A DNA stretch of 63,747 nt, the filler included, from Klebsormidium nitens (taxonomy: Eukaryota > Plantae > Klebsormidiophyceae): assembly GCA_000708835.1 (NCBI GenBank). It is 5 parts of 5 records of this genome, joined end to end, with 100 filler letters (N's around TTAATTAATTAA, not from the genome) between each part and the next. Parts side by side here need not be neighbours in the genome. Positions count along the whole stretch, not along the records: positions 21,183 to 50,273 come from DF237800.1; 4 more parts are not named here. One strand, 5' to 3'. This document shows, piece by piece, positions 22,870 through 37,800 of this stretch (positions are counted from its first letter, which is position 1; every line of letters starts with the position of its first letter). The notes under the pieces were generated by a model. The model saw nothing but the letters and a program-made list of their open reading frames with translations. It searched no databases and was not told the DNA's origin. The position numbers and the translations under genes were made by a program.

Positions 22870-25800
22870 CACCGTTCAATCGTTTTGACCGGCGGGAGAA
22901 AAACTCGAAGGTAAATGTCAAAAATCATGATGGTGGCAATCATCCACTGTTCACTCAATTTTATGCTGTCTGAGGTAGAAACACGCACCATTGAGTGGAC
23001 TACGAAAGGGCCGCGGCCAGTCGAACGATCGGTGCAGATCGCGAGAGCGCATGGGAAGAGCCAAGTTTTATCAGAAATTGCGAGCAAAATTTTATCAGGA
23101 ATTGCAATTAAGCTTAGCTAGATCTGCTCTGCGTGCCCAAATGGCCTCAGTTTACAGGGGATCCCCTTCCCTTCTCTCAACCGGGCAGGAGAGAAGTGCG
23201 CAGACCATCATAGCCAGCTGTGACGTAGCGGGGAATCAATGGACACTTCTCTTATAGCCCGTGCGCATCAAAGGCATGGGGCGGTGTGCATGTACAGGCG
23301 CATTGTGAATGCGAAGTTCGCATGGACATGTTCTTGCAACGATATTCGACAGCCTAGAACCGAACGAAGAAACGACCTATTCTGCATTGCACTAGCCGCG
23401 CTGCCACGAAGTGGCCAGCAGGCGCTATTCTAGGGTCTAAGAACTACGCCTGCCTAGAAACGACTAATGCTCGTGCTGAATTGATCGAATGTCCACAATT
23501 CGGTCCTCCGGTCGAAGCGTCGCCAGTCGCTGTCCCTGCTAGTACCGTGAGCGGCAGCATCAATCGAGGGAATACGAGTGGGTATATGGTCGATCGACGC
23601 AGGCCCCGGACCAAGGACTGCAACGACGTCCGAAACACTATTCTTGTCACTCGATAGCGCCCCTTAGTTTTTGGGGTCTCATAACGGCTTTCGTATCAAG
23701 AAAATGGGAGTCCGGCCTACTGGCGTCAGAAGTGCGATAGCCCGCGCCAACCGGAACTTGCATCTGAAAACACACTGACCGAAGTTGGTAACGCAGACCG
23801 CTACAATGAGAATTCCTCTTGCTATGAGAGTTCCAGGGGTTCGTTTGCGCATGCTAAAGCAGAGCATTAAAGGCGCCACCGTCCAGATGACCACGTGGCA
23901 CGATCTGGGGTTGACCGACGCCGTCATGAGGCTACGTACTGTTCCGCCGGGTGGCGAGTCGCAGTACGCCCCGCTAGAGTGCACTGAACGGCCTCAACTT
24001 TGAACGGCAACGGTGGGCCAGATTGTACTGACGCTCAGGGACTTAGTATCATAGCCGGCGTTGAAACAGGACCTTGACTCACCAGATCGATCAAGCACCT
24101 TCATCAGGGAACGGACCTTTAAGGTTGAAAGGAGAAAGGAAGGTTGAAGCTTTTTGAAAAAGGTTGACCTTACGTTGAAGACGCTCCGTCGTGCAGCAAA
24201 AACTTAAAAGGAACTGCACTCAGAGCGGGCGTGCAATCGTACGTGGTGAGTCAACAATTTGCAGCAGAGAATGATTCGGACGGTTGGGCGAAGGGGAAGA
24301 GGAAGAATTAGAAAGCAGACCGTAATGGAAAAATGGCGTCAGAGCAAACACCCGAAGAGGAAGAGTGGGGTTCACACCCCGAGGCACCGCTCTTCATAGC
24401 CACTATTTTACGTGATTTCACCGGGATGACGAGGAATACCGACTGTCAAAAGACTCTGCTGTCGCGAAGGCGTCAGAGGAAAATCCACAGAGTGGGGCTC
24501 ATACGTCCCCGGTGCACAGCTTATCATAACCACTCGTTCGCGTGGTGATTGGCACGCGTCAAGGTGTTGAATTAATAGCCCAAGTCTAAGCACCTTGCTG
24601 ATGAATACCGCTCTGCGCGAAATCACGCTTTGCCATAGCCACGGGTTCCCATGTTCAGAAAGCGACCGAAACCTAAGAATCCCGATTGGGCTGATTGTCT
24701 TAATGTTTTGGCGTTAGAGCAGACGAAGTACAAATGGGGCTCATCCCCCGAGACACGGCTTGTCATAGCCAACTGTTCGCGTCAACCGAAAGCTGCCTCG
24801 GTAGTAAGAAAGCGACCTACTCTATTTGCAAGGAAAACAAATATGCGTGGCAAGGCCGGAGCCTTTACAGACGGCCCCCTCCTTGTCAGATTCGGCACTT
24901 TTCTATGACAAAATAGAAACGAAGAGAACCTAATTCGGATTGATCGCTTTCGGACTTGCGTACATGCTGAAAATTCTTGATCGGGGCTGCTTGTTTCTAT
25001 CCTCGAGGGGCAAGATACAACTCTGATGCAGAAGTGATGCTGACGACACCACTTTTCGAAGCTCGCGCTCGTGACGTGGCGCCATCATGGTCACTGAGGC
25101 CCTTTGAACTTGAGATCTAGTAAATGAAGAACGAATTACAATCGATTGACTAAAAGAGAAGCTCACCTACCGCCCACCTCCGAAGACGTCAAAGATTGAA
25201 CTGCGGATGAGCGGTTCACAACTTCCTTTTCATCCGGACATGTTGAAGTGGAGTTAGTAACGCAGGTGGCTGCAACGAGGCTAACGCGCGCGCGCCTCCA
25301 AGACCTTGCTCAACTTGGGCTGGCGTTGCTTCGAGCCGTTATATGTAAGCGTTCAGTTGGGTAGTTTTATTCCGTGGTTCTCGGCTTGCGCGGACCTGCC
25401 AACAGAACAACAAAGGCGTCGGGGAGTTGACCACGTGGCAGGATTGGAGTGGTCGACGAATCACCTCCAAGAGGGTGGCGAATAGCAGTACAACCTCAAA
25501 AGGCAATGAACGGCTCCCAATCGGCCAGCTTCAACAGTGGACCACATTAAAATGAAGCCCACTGGACGTTTTGCATCATAGCCGATATTCAGAAGGATCT
25601 TGTTTCTCCAGATGAGCGAACGGCTCCATCGATGTACAAGAAACGCTGGGGATTTGAAATGGCACCAGTGTTGCTGTGTTGATTTAAGCATTTCACCTGT
25701 TTTACTGCGACAAGCCACAAAAGAACTTGCAGCTGCCAGAGCGGAAGACGGAGGCCTAAAGAGACGAGTGGGTGAAAGAAGAAGACGCAATTGAGCAAAA

Positions 25801-28800
25801 CTTACTGGACAAGAGGCGTCATGGTAAACGAGACAAAGAGGCTTGGCGCTCACCCCCGGAAGCACCGCTTGTCACAGCCTACTTGCTTGCGGGTTCAAGG
25901 CTTATAAGAATGAACTACTTAGTAGCCCGTTTCTGAGCAAGAAAATGCTGATCAAGCGGCGTCAGACCATTTTCGTGATCGAACGGTTCGGGGCTCTGCT
26001 TACCCCGACTCTTGTACGCGCGCTTAATTCGTCGTAGCCACGGGGTTACGTGATTTCGGAACTAGAAAGACATCAAGTCCTTGACAGTTTGGCTCATTGA
26101 AATGGCGTCAAATGACGGCTGATACCCTGAGGCATGGCTTCAATCGTAGCACGTATCATCACGTAAACAAAAAGCATCTGGTAAGGAGCGACGGATCGAA
26201 ATATTAGTGAAATAGCGTCAGAAAAAAAACCTTCCAAGACCCTGATTTCTTAAACCAGGGACCGTGTCTAAAACCTGGCTCGTTTAAGACACCGGCCGTC
26301 TTAAAGCGGGTGTCCAAATCGGCCCTGTCGTTTCTAGAGCTAGAGTCAAATGGCGTCAGAAAAACACCCTTCCAAGACGGCTACGATCACAGGCACAGCT
26401 TGTCAGAGAAAACTGGCGACTCAGCCAAAAGGAGGTAGAAATTTGAAAACTCAGACCGTGCTGGGAAGGTGGCGTCAGAGTCAATGGACCGAGTGAAATG
26501 TGGGCGCTCACCCTGAAGCACCGCTCGTCACAGCCAATTGGTCTGCGTGATTTTGGAAATCTAAAACGACGAAGAATACGTCCAAGTCTGAACTGACCGT
26601 ACTGTTGCGATGGCGTCAGAGACTCACTGAACAGAATACTGTAGCAGGAGAATACTGGGGCTTGTACCCCAAAGCACAGCTTATCATAGCCACTTGTTCC
26701 GCGAGATGAACAAGAGTCAGAATAACCGGATTTGCTTGATCCTAAGCAGACCTTGCTGGTGAATTGATTACATAGCAACTTTTGCCTGAGGACCGGGCTC
26801 ACAAACCAAGGCACGGATTGTCATAGCTACGGGTTCATGTGGTCAGAAAGCGAGCAGAACGTAAGAAGACAGGATGGGGTTAATGTATGACGGTGCTGAG
26901 AATTTGGCGTCAGAGCAAGCAAGTACAAATGGGGCTCAACTCCAACCCCAACACACGGTGTTGTCATAGCCACTTGAGTCACGTTAACCAAAAGCTGCCT
27001 CCGTAATCGAAAAAAGACGGACCCTGCATGCAAGGAAAAAATATGCGCGACAAGGCGGGAGCTTTTAAAAGACCGGCCCGCTCCTTGTCAGATTCGATAT
27101 TCTGCTACGCGATATTCGGCTAGACAAGTATAGAGAAAGAGAACCCAATCCGGACGTATCGCTATCAGACCCACTTCCTATATATCGACCATCCGCTTGA
27201 TCGGGGCTGCTTGAAGTTGAACCTCCAAGTGGCAAGAATTGAACGAAAGCAGAAGTCATGCTGACGGAACCAGTATTCGATAGTGGCGCCTGTTGCGTGG
27301 CGACATCATGGTCTATGAAACGAGCTGATGATGAACCTCAGGGTCAATACAGTAGTTTTACTGACTCTGGAATTGAGTGACTCGAAATCAGAGCGATTCG
27401 CGGGCTTTGCCGCCCACCTTCGAAGACGTCAAAAGCAGCAGTGCGGATGAGCGGCGAACCCGGCCGCATTCGCGGTTCAGCGACTTCTGTTCATAAGCTG
27501 CGTCATTCATCCGTAAGTTCGTTAATAAATGGTAACGAGCCTTGGTTTTCCGGCCTTCTGAGACAAAGTGCATAGCCGGATTCTACGAGGCAGAATTTAC
27601 GGACTATATCGGACGCTTTATCAAGCCGCTCACGGGCTGCTTCAATAACTGAGATAGAGATGCAAGTTTCGAAGCTTTGCCAAGCCTCTGGAAAGCGTAG
27701 GTCGTGCGGACAAGGAGCATTCTCACAACTTACTCTCATCCTTGGCAGGAAGACCCGTGCAGGCTATCAAGGCCGTTGTAGAGAATATTATGCGGGCTGT
27801 TCAACAATATGAATCGGGCGTCAGAGCGACGGAAAAGCGGATCTCCTTCCGACAAGGATTGCAGAGCGCTCCTCAATGCCTGATCCTCACACCCAGCCCG
27901 TTAGCGCTGCGGTCTTCATTCAAGCGTGAATCATCTAACAGCTAAGTAGTCAACAAACAAGAAGAGCAGCTACGGCCCCCACCGGCCTCTGTTCGGCAGC
28001 TTGCAAAGAAGGACCCGCGTAAGGGAGCAAGACCCTCAGCATGTGCCTCATTTCTTTCTGGCCCTTGCGAGAGTGGAGAACGTGGAGACATGAGTGCAAG
28101 GCCTGACTTGACCGTTCGACTTATAGGCCACGATGGCGAACAATGCCGCTTGGCTCTTGGCCGTGGTAAACGGTGCGGAACAAAAAGGAGGAGCGAAGGC
28201 CTCGAGTCCGTTGATAATGCGATTCGCAAGCGCCCAATTGAAGCAGTGCCGGGGCCGGAAAAAAAGTGCTGGGCGGCCCGGTATATGACCACATTCAAAT
28301 GCACCTTCGTCGTGCTCGAAGATCCATTGAACCCCCCATAATCCAATTGCGTTTCTCGGAAACCTTCTCGAAGAAGAACGCTTGGTACTAAGAACCTCTT
28401 CTGAGTTTTCGAAGGAGTATCCCCCTACAGGTCTCAACCACCGTGCACTCGTTCCGGCCCGGCTGACAGAAAGCTTGAAAAGAGCAGCCAACCAGTACCA
28501 TGACGACAACCGTTCACCAATTGTTCACTCAAGTTATGCTGCCTGAGGTAGAAGCACGCACCGATTGAGTGCTGTACAAAAGGGCCGCGGCCGGTTCGAC
28601 GGTTGACTGCAGATCGCAAGAGCGCATGGGAAGAACCAACTTTGTCAAGAATTGCAAGTAAACCTTTCTAGAAGTTGTCTGCGTGCCTAAATGGCCTCTG
28701 GTTACAAGGAGTTCTCTCCCCTCAGCCGGGCAGTAAAGAGGTGCCCTGGCAAAGCATCATAGCAGGCCGTTTCTCGTACCAGAATATGCTGTGACGTAGT

Positions 28801-31800
28801 GGGGAATCGAACTACAGATTGCGACTGGGCTTATGGTCGACGGGGGCTTTGGATCAACTTGAAGGACTGCCACGACGTCTGAAGCATCTGCCTTTGTCCC
28901 TTGATAGCGCCCCTCTTTATGGTTGCATCACAAGGTGTTTTCAAAACCCTTGATAATGTGGATCAATGTACTTAAAGCGCGATAGCCCGCGCCAAGAGAA
29001 TTCGCATCTGCAAACACACTAGCCCAATTCGGAAACGGAGACCATTAAAGTATGAGGGATATATACACTTGCTTTTCAGAACGTTGACGACACGGGGCGT
29101 TCGACTTCCTGCAAACCTTCATAAAGTTGAGCGTTGGACGGGTTCGTCTTACTACGTACGTGGCTTCCAAGGCCCCGTTTGCGCATGCAAAAGCAAAGCA
29201 GCAAAGGCGCCGCCATGTAGTTGACCACGTGGCACGATTGGGGTAATCGACGACGTCATGGTACTATAAGAGTGGCGAGTCGCAGTACGCTCTAGAAAGC
29301 ACTGATTGAACGGCTTCAATCTGGGCAGCAACGGTGGGCCACAATATTGGACTGAAGCCCAGGCGAGCTTGGCATCATAGCCGGATTCGAAGAGAAACCT
29401 TTGTTCACCAGTTCGAACGAAAATCCGTTTATTCAGCGGGCTCATGCCCCGAAGCACCGCTAGTCACATCCACTTGTGCGCGTGACATGTAAGTTTCAGA
29501 ATAACCAAGAATACCGACTCTCAAATGACCGTGCTGATGCAAAGGCGTCAGAGGACAAGCCCCACTCACGACAGATTGGGGCTCACACCCCAAAGCACAG
29601 CTTATCATAGCCGCTCGTTCGCATGATTGGCAAGCGTCAAGATAACGAAGTTAGCTTGACTCTAAGAAGACCTTCCTGGTGAATCAGTTCAAAGCAACTT
29701 TCAACCGAGGTTCTGACTCACCCCAGATCAGAGCAAAATTTTTCAGAGCCACATGTTCAATTCACATGGTCAGAAAGCGCCCAAAACGCAAGAAGACCGG
29801 ATGGGCTGATCGTGTTACTGTTTTGGCGTCAAACCAGATGAAACACAAATGGGCTTATAGCCCAACTTTACACGCCTTGTCATAGCCACTTGTTCAGGTC
29901 AACCCAAAGCTGCCTCCGTAGTATTATAGAGAAAGACCGACTTTGCAATCAGGGAGAAGTGTGCGCCGCAAGGCCTAGCTGGAGCCTTCGACGACCGGCG
30001 CGCTCCTTGTGAAGTTCGGCACTCTGCTATGACCAATCAAAGAGAAAGAAAACCCAAATCCGGACCTATCGCTTGCGGACTCATTTCTATGTCGACACGC
30101 TTCTTGCTCGGGGCTGCTCGATGTTCATCTAGAAGCCAAAAGCTGACGTAGTGTTGACGGTACCAGTTGTCCAGCTCGCGCTTGTTGATCAGTGGCGCCA
30201 TCATGATCTCCCGCCAAACCTGAGGACTAGAAGACGAAGGACTCCAGAATTGAGTGAGTCAACGAAAGCGATCTGTGAGCTCTGCTGCCCAGCTTTGAAG
30301 CCCTGAACACTAGAATTGCGGATGAGCCGACTCGTGCTCCCGGTTTAGCGGTATTGTACGCAATGATGGGCCAGTTTTCCTTCTTCTTCGACACCAAATT
30401 CCGAGGCAGGAATGAAAATTATTTAGCAGTATGCCAACGGACTGCTCCAATGGACAGAAAACAGAGTTGAATACTGAAGCTTTGCCCACTTTCAAAATCC
30501 TAAGGTGGTGACAAAAGCTTACCCGCAACGTATTCTCAGAAAAGGCACGACGCAAGACCCGTGCAGGCTATTCAAAAGTACGGAAACAGTATTGCTCCAG
30601 CAGTTTCTTGGTCGGGCGTCAGAGCCTTGACGAACTAATCTCCGATCCTCACGACAAATTTGGCAAGACGCTCATCAATGCCCGACATTCATTGCAAGCA
30701 TCGTTAGTACAGTCCTTCCATGCAAGTCTTCCAATGCAGGCCTGGTTCGATGATCACCGATTTAACGGTCAACAAACGAGAGGGAAAGCTACGCTCGAGA
30801 GCGGCCTCTGTTTGACAGCATACACGGAAATCTGCGTGAGGGATCGCGGCCCTCAGCACATGAATCTTTTCGTCCTGGCCATTGTACTTGATATTCAGCA
30901 CGTGGCAACTCGAAGTGATCATACGGTTAACCTGACCAGTCGGGCCGCTTTCAGCCTAGCTTCTCAAGCATGATGGCTTGCTAGTCAAGTCGGCCGCAGT
31001 CAGCGCGACATAATGTGCGTCAGTGGGGAGCAAAGCCTTGACAACAAGCTCCCATCCAGGTCGAAAACGCCCGAGATGAGGAACACGGCATTTGGGCACG
31101 GAGTGAACAACTCTTGGGCTTTGTAAAAGCGGAGTGTCCTGCAAGGGACGATCCGTTCCTGCGTTAGACGAAGATTCCAGGGCAGATCAGGGGTAGAACC
31201 GATTCTCTCAAACGACGGCGAAGGAGATCAGGCTTGCCGGGGCTTTTTGGCCAGACGTAGGCCACACAGACATTTCGAACGGTCGTTCCTCTGAGTATTT
31301 CATGATCATGCCACTCGGAAACGTGCCAGTAAGATATGTGGATGAAAGGGATGCTGCAAAGAAAGGCGTAACAAGTGGAAGCGTCGAAAAAGGAGTGCCG
31401 CCCAATACAAGAAAGCGGCGCGCGCGGCGTGGCAAGGGATGCTGGACGCGCGCGCAGTAGGGCACACGCCCGCAGCTTACTCTCGTCAGCGCGCGTGTAT
31501 GGCGCAGGACCTAGGAAACATCCTTAATGTTATTCAGGCCTGCGGCTCAGGATTAAGAATAGCCTGATCAGCCTTCTTGTATCCTGTATTCGCATGCTCA
31601 CTTCAATCGAATAATCTTCCCATCTTTCTCGAGTATAGAGGTCGCTCGATGTTGTTGATTAAGTTTGCATGCGAGTAGCCGAGATGGGCAATAATTGAAG
31701 TACTGGAGGACATCAGCTGCTCTTATTTCCTGTTGGCATCAACGAGATTCACCCTCAGCTTGAGAACGAGTTCTCAATCTTACGTGTCTCATCACAGCCA

Positions 31801-34800
31801 CCCGGGATTTTGACGTCAGAAAAAGGACGTTGTAAAACATGGGAAGCAGCCCAGCGCCCAATTTAGAACGCTCACAAGATATTTCCGTCGCACAATTCGT
31901 TCCGAGTGCAGTAGCATAGATCTCGCAAAACTTCTACCAAACCTATCCCCGAACGTAAAGAAGAGCTGATCGAGTTGTCCAGATTAAGATTACCGTCCAT
32001 TAGCCCAGACTTCACTTCCGCTAGTCCAGTGGTTCGGGCGCACACGAGTCCGCCTCTTTTTCAACACTTTACAAAGTACGGGGGCGCTCCTGAAGGTCTC
32101 CTCAGACACCATGAGACCAGGACTTGTGGCTTGCAACGCCCATTGCACACAGCAAAAGGGTTTTGGCAGGTTGCTGGTCGCTCCGTCCAAAAATTACATC
32201 CAGCGATCTGTCAAGCTCACCGGGGTTGCGAAACGGGTCGAGTCGTAACGGGCTCGGTTCGAGATCTTACAACAAGAGTGACCCTGTTGAAAAACAACAT
32301 CAGGTGGGCGCCTCGTCAAAGCCAAGTCATCTAACCTACAAGCTCTACAAGCTCGTTTTCGTATGACACATTATAGAGAATTGCGAATCCACTTTCGACT
32401 CGCTATGTTAGCACTGTTTTGCAGGCACACGCGCGTTACTCGCTGACATATTTAACCAATAGATGGAAGCTTTGAAACCAAAAAATCTCAGTAAAATCGT
32501 CCAGAGTAGCGCGAAGTACAGCATAGCATGCGACGAGAAGCGCCACGTCTCTGAACGCCGTAGCAAAACTTGGTAAACTGAACAGCAACGAGGCATACGT
32601 GCTTCACATGACATAAGCTCGAAACGGGCTGGACTTTGTGATACAAGCCCTCAGAATGCTTTGAATCACTGTGTGTTCTTACCAAGGCTTTTCCGGCGTT
32701 TGCGCCCCCCAAAGAATCAACGTCGAAAGCGCCTCTCAGATGACCACGTGGCACCAACGAAGCGATTGACCGAGACACTAACGGTTTGTCAAGCCTGGTT
32801 ACCAATCCCAGTACGCCCAGCACGGGCTTCAGACTGTGGGACACGTTTTCTGAGCTGGCCACTCAACTAAGCCCAGAGCCACACCACATCATAGCCGATT
32901 ATATCGGAACGAACCAGGTACTTGAGTCACCAGGACGAGGAAAACGGTCTTACACGAAAAAACAGTGGTTTCGGAAAATATGAGTAGAAGAACCGCAACC
33001 CGTGCTCTAAGGTGAACACCTTTGACCTTTTTTGAGGGCCACGTCCACGTCGTGCCCCACTTATTGGGTGCAACTCGAGAGCGAGTAAAGACGCGAAGAG
33101 CCGATAATATGCCGCAAAGAAAGACTGATTGGCAAGAGAAGAGGGAGGATCGGATGAGAACGAGTTGATGGGATAGTATCGACCTAGGGAATTAGGCATC
33201 ACATGCTAAAGCACCGCTTGTCATACTAGCCACTGGCTCTTGTTCTGTGAATCAAAACCTTCTGAACCAAAGTTGTTTATCCTTCTGACCAGATTGTTTG
33301 AAAAACGTGGCGTCAGAGCCGACGACAATCAGGACCTGGGCACCATACCCCAAAGAACGACTTGTCATAGCCACGCATGAATGTCGACCTTATGAAAGCT
33401 TCCGGAAAAGAAGAGGAGGAGTTTGCCGCTGCAAACACCATTGTGCACCAGAAGGGCTGGAGCCTTCACGACCGGCCTGATCGATCGAAAGCAGATGTGG
33501 CTCTCTCCCCTGACAACGTGGAGCAAAGATTATAATCCGACAGGGCGCCTTGGATATGAACTAGGGCCGAACCGGATGTTCATGTTGTATGCGAACCGGC
33601 CTTGATCGTCCGCCACTTTTCCGGAGCGAGAGCTTAAAGTCGGCCCGGTCTGGCTCCTATGGAAAGAAGACGCACCCTGTGAACAGTCCTGATTTCAGTA
33701 TCGTTTTTGGGCTCTCAGGTGACGGTTCGAAATGTTGCTAGCGCTTTGGACTGCTTGATGCGGACCCTTGAAAAGTGAATGATAAGAAAAAGCAAAGGTT
33801 GAACCTACTGGTTTCACAAAGCTCGCGCTATATCAAGCGCCGGCATCATAATGTGCATCTTTAGAAAGAGATGCTCTCGAACCTGAACCGGGGCCCACAG
33901 GCAGGTTCTTGAAAACTCAATAACGCAGGCTTTGCGACGCGAGCGGTACCGCCCAGCTTCAAAAAGTCATGCCTTGTCAACAAAAAGCGGATAAGTCGAC
34001 CTGCAAACTGCGGCTCACAGGGCGGCTTCCATTTGTGCGCCTCGTCCTTCCCAGCTCATGGAGGTATTGGCCAGTACTGGGCACTGCCTTTGCCTTCTTT
34101 AAACTCCAAAAGATAGTCAAATCGCGAGGGACCAGAAGTTTTAAACCTTACCTAACAACTGCTTTAGGAAAAGCATACGAGCCTGCTGTTTAAACTTTAT
34201 CGCTGAGCAACAACTTGGTTTTCTTCAAAAATCGTTGCTTCACATTGCTTCACGTTGCTTCCTTTTATATGGGGTTGCTAAATCACCAAACGCTTTGAAA
34301 CCATCACCTTCGACTGGTCCAGATCGGTTCCATCTGGAGCGCAGATGTATAGCAATATAGCCAGGAGTCAAAAGGATTTGACTTGTCAAACTGAAAACAC
34401 AACTTAACACCAGATACAGGAGAAACTGCAAGGAATGTAAGGTTCTGAGACAGTGCAAAATGCAACGACGTGCCCCAAGCTATAGGAGAGAAATTGCAGC
34501 GAGAGCGGGTGGCGAGCTCTACATGAGACTCGATTGAAACAAAGAAGGAAGAACGAGCGAGGGAAGAGCGATGGACCAGAACAAGCGGACTATTTTGAAG
34601 GAATGGCGTCAGAGCTTCAACAGCTCAAGTGAGGCTTATACCCAAAAGCACCGTTTGTCATAGCCAATTGTTGACGTGATTGATCAAAGGGTCCGAATCG
34701 CGAAGGAAGCGGAATTATCAGATTGTGCGGACTGCAGAGCCTTGTCCGGAAGAATGGTGCTCATTTTCCAAAGGACCGTTTGTCATAGCCAGTCCGGTTC

Positions 34801-37800
34801 GCATGAAAAGCCCGAGATCAGTAACAAATAAAATGTCCGACTCTAAGCAGACCGCGCTGCTAAACAGCGTCAAAGCACTTTCCAGGATCGAGGACTGGCA
34901 TGGGGTCATACCCCAAAGCACGGATTGTCGTAGCCACGTGTTCACGTTACTGAAAAGCGTCCGGAACGGAAGAAGACCGAATTTTGAGCAGATTGTCTTG
35001 ATGAACGGCGTCAGAGCCAACTACTGTCAGCAGCGCCGTTTGGGACTCATCCCCGAGAAACGGCTTCTCATAGCCACTTGTTCTGTGATCCAAAAGCTTC
35101 CGAACTGAAGCAAAAGACGACGGCCAACTGTGCATCTCTGCAGGTTTGTGCACCATATGCGTAAAGCTAAAGCACAAGGCGGACCTGTTCGTTTTCTGGC
35201 GTGAGCTTTACCCTGACAACGGAGAGCAGAAAGTGGCTTTCTTTGGAGACGGTTATCGCCTTCAGGCTGACCGTTCAGCTTACATCTCTCCTTGCTCGGG
35301 GCTGGTATAATGTCGATCTCTCCGGGGTAAGAGAAAGGGCTGGAAGCAATCTCGTCGTTTACAGCGGGCGATTAGCACAGCAATTTATTTCACGACTCGA
35401 TCAGATTACCGACTTGGGTTTCAAGGAAACAGAGAAAGCTGAACATGCAGCGCGGACTCTGTGTTGCAGTATGAGACTCATCCGCTACGTGAGGCATTCT
35501 TCCTCAGCGCGTGCATCTACTCGTCCTGGCCCGCGTACTACATTTGCAGCTCAGAGAGACATGTGTATAAGGCCTGATTCCCCGTTCGACTTTTAAGCAA
35601 GGATTGCAAGACGTGCTTGGCTGTTGGACATGATTCGCGCGCGCAGATAAAATCGCGGAACGAAGTGGGGAGCCGCTCTGATGTGGAATCCACCCGCAAG
35701 AGGGAAGACAGATTTTGGGCACAGATTGAAGAATTCAATGGCCGCACCGTGACAGCTGAATGAAACACAGTACATTGACTTGCAGGCCATCTGCAATTGA
35801 AAAGCAGCCCTTTTATTTCCTTCGGACCGAAGGAGGGTCCCATCAACGGCTTTGGTACCCTGGAGAGCAAGCCCGTGATTCAAAGACGCCGCGCGAAGTT
35901 TCAAAACATGATGACAGAAAGATGGTGGGACGCGTCCGAATCGGTGACAAAAAGGGAAAAAAAAAGCATGAAAATTGCTTTCTGGAGATTGGTGTTTATG
36001 GGCGTTCTAAGTGGCGTGCATCAGGCTCGCCTGTGCGCGCTCGTGGCTCAGAACGTCGCACGATACACCGAGCCCTGGGGCCATTCGTACCCCATACTAG
36101 TTCGCTTCACCCGGCAGCTTCGTCTGCCGGATCTTCCTTGCCAACAGGCTTTGACAACAAAAGGCTGGTCATGGAAGGGATCGTACGCGTGGAAAGTAAG
36201 TCCAGATTGGAAATCGCCAACCGCAGGCGGTCCACCGGGCACTTGACCGCTGACACTGCCATGCCGTCTTCTTTGCAACACCGCGGCGCGGGGAGCGGCC
36301 GCGGGCCGCGCGGCGCCATGCTCACAACCGCAGGGCCCACGCGCGCCCCACGCTTCCGGCCGAAGCCGACTCCGCCAGGCGCTGGCCAGGCTAGCTCATA
36401 ACTCGACAGGACAAGAGCGAATGGGCGTCACCCAGAATGGAATCTGTTGCTTATCAAAGAGCTGATCTGGTGCACGGACAGAGCGACGAGGTTTCAGCCC
36501 GGTTTCAGTGGTTGACTGACCGTTAGAAGATGCAATCAACGTTATGAGAAAGGAGCGCCGTTGTTGTCAACTGAAATGGTCCTATGTACCAAATGGCATC
36601 AGGTATCCTGCAATGTCCGCATACTCTCGGCCGGGCAGGAGAGAAGCGCGGAAGCTCATCAGAGCCGCCCTTCTATCACTGTGAGAATCACAGTACGGTG
36701 TGATAAATATAACGTGGTGGCAATCTGATCATAAATTGATGAACCGCAGAAGGACGCGACTTATGCAAAGCTTATGAGGAGGGCTTGCATCTGTTTACGG
36801 TCGGGCTCTTGTGCTTCAGTGGCCTCACGAAACGTCTGTCAAACTACTCTCAATCCATGATTAGATCTGGTCAAACTAAGCTTTACCAAGGAATTTCATT
36901 CTCTGTTGAGAAGTGGCTGTACGATTCCGTCGAACTAGGTCAAGCAAGCAAACGAAAGAGCAGGAGCTTAATGGATTATTGTGGACCCAGACAGCGGTTC
37001 CTAATCCGTTCACATAAATCAAGGAAGTTTTCCTCGGAATTCTTTGCACTCAGATTTTTGCTTGGGGACTAGGTGCACCCAGACTTTCCTTTGGAATCTC
37101 GTCGCACAGTCAGACCTGTCGAGTGATCCTCTCTAGGTTTCCTTGTTAATGCTTTTTGTGTCTGGTGAAAATGGACGTAATGCAGAAGTTGCCACAAACT
37201 GCTGGTCACTCTCCTAATGGCATCGAGCCTTCCGCTTTTGCTGAGGACGATTCTGACGACAGTAACGATTGCGCTCATCACAGCCACCAGAACTTTAGTT
37301 GATGTCGCAAGTCTAGGCTTCTCTTGGAGATCAGCCCAGCGCCTGTATTGAGGATGTGAAAGCGGTGCCAGACCAGTTCCAATTCGCGATCCAATTCCAT
37401 CCTTGCTTGACGAACATCTGCAAGGAATTTTATCAAACCTTTGCCGCAAGCAATTATAGGAATTGAAGTACCCAATGGCCTGCACTTAGAAATTCTTTTG
37501 CACCTCTTACGCGAGGGCTGGATTCGGCCCGTGATGCAGACTCCATTGAACTTCACGTGTTTGATATTCTCAGCTCGACACCGCTGGCCTTCGTATGGAC
37601 CGCTACGACGTCAAGCATTTTGTTTGTGTTGGGGAATAATTAAGGTGCCCTTCTTGGCGTTTCGAACCCGCACAAAGGGCAACAAACGCCGAACAGATGA
37701 CCACCTGGCATGGTCGAGGGGATCGACGACTTGCTTCTATGAGAGTTGAGTAAGTCTCAAGGCAATAGACAGCTCAAAATTCTCAATAGACTTCTGGGCC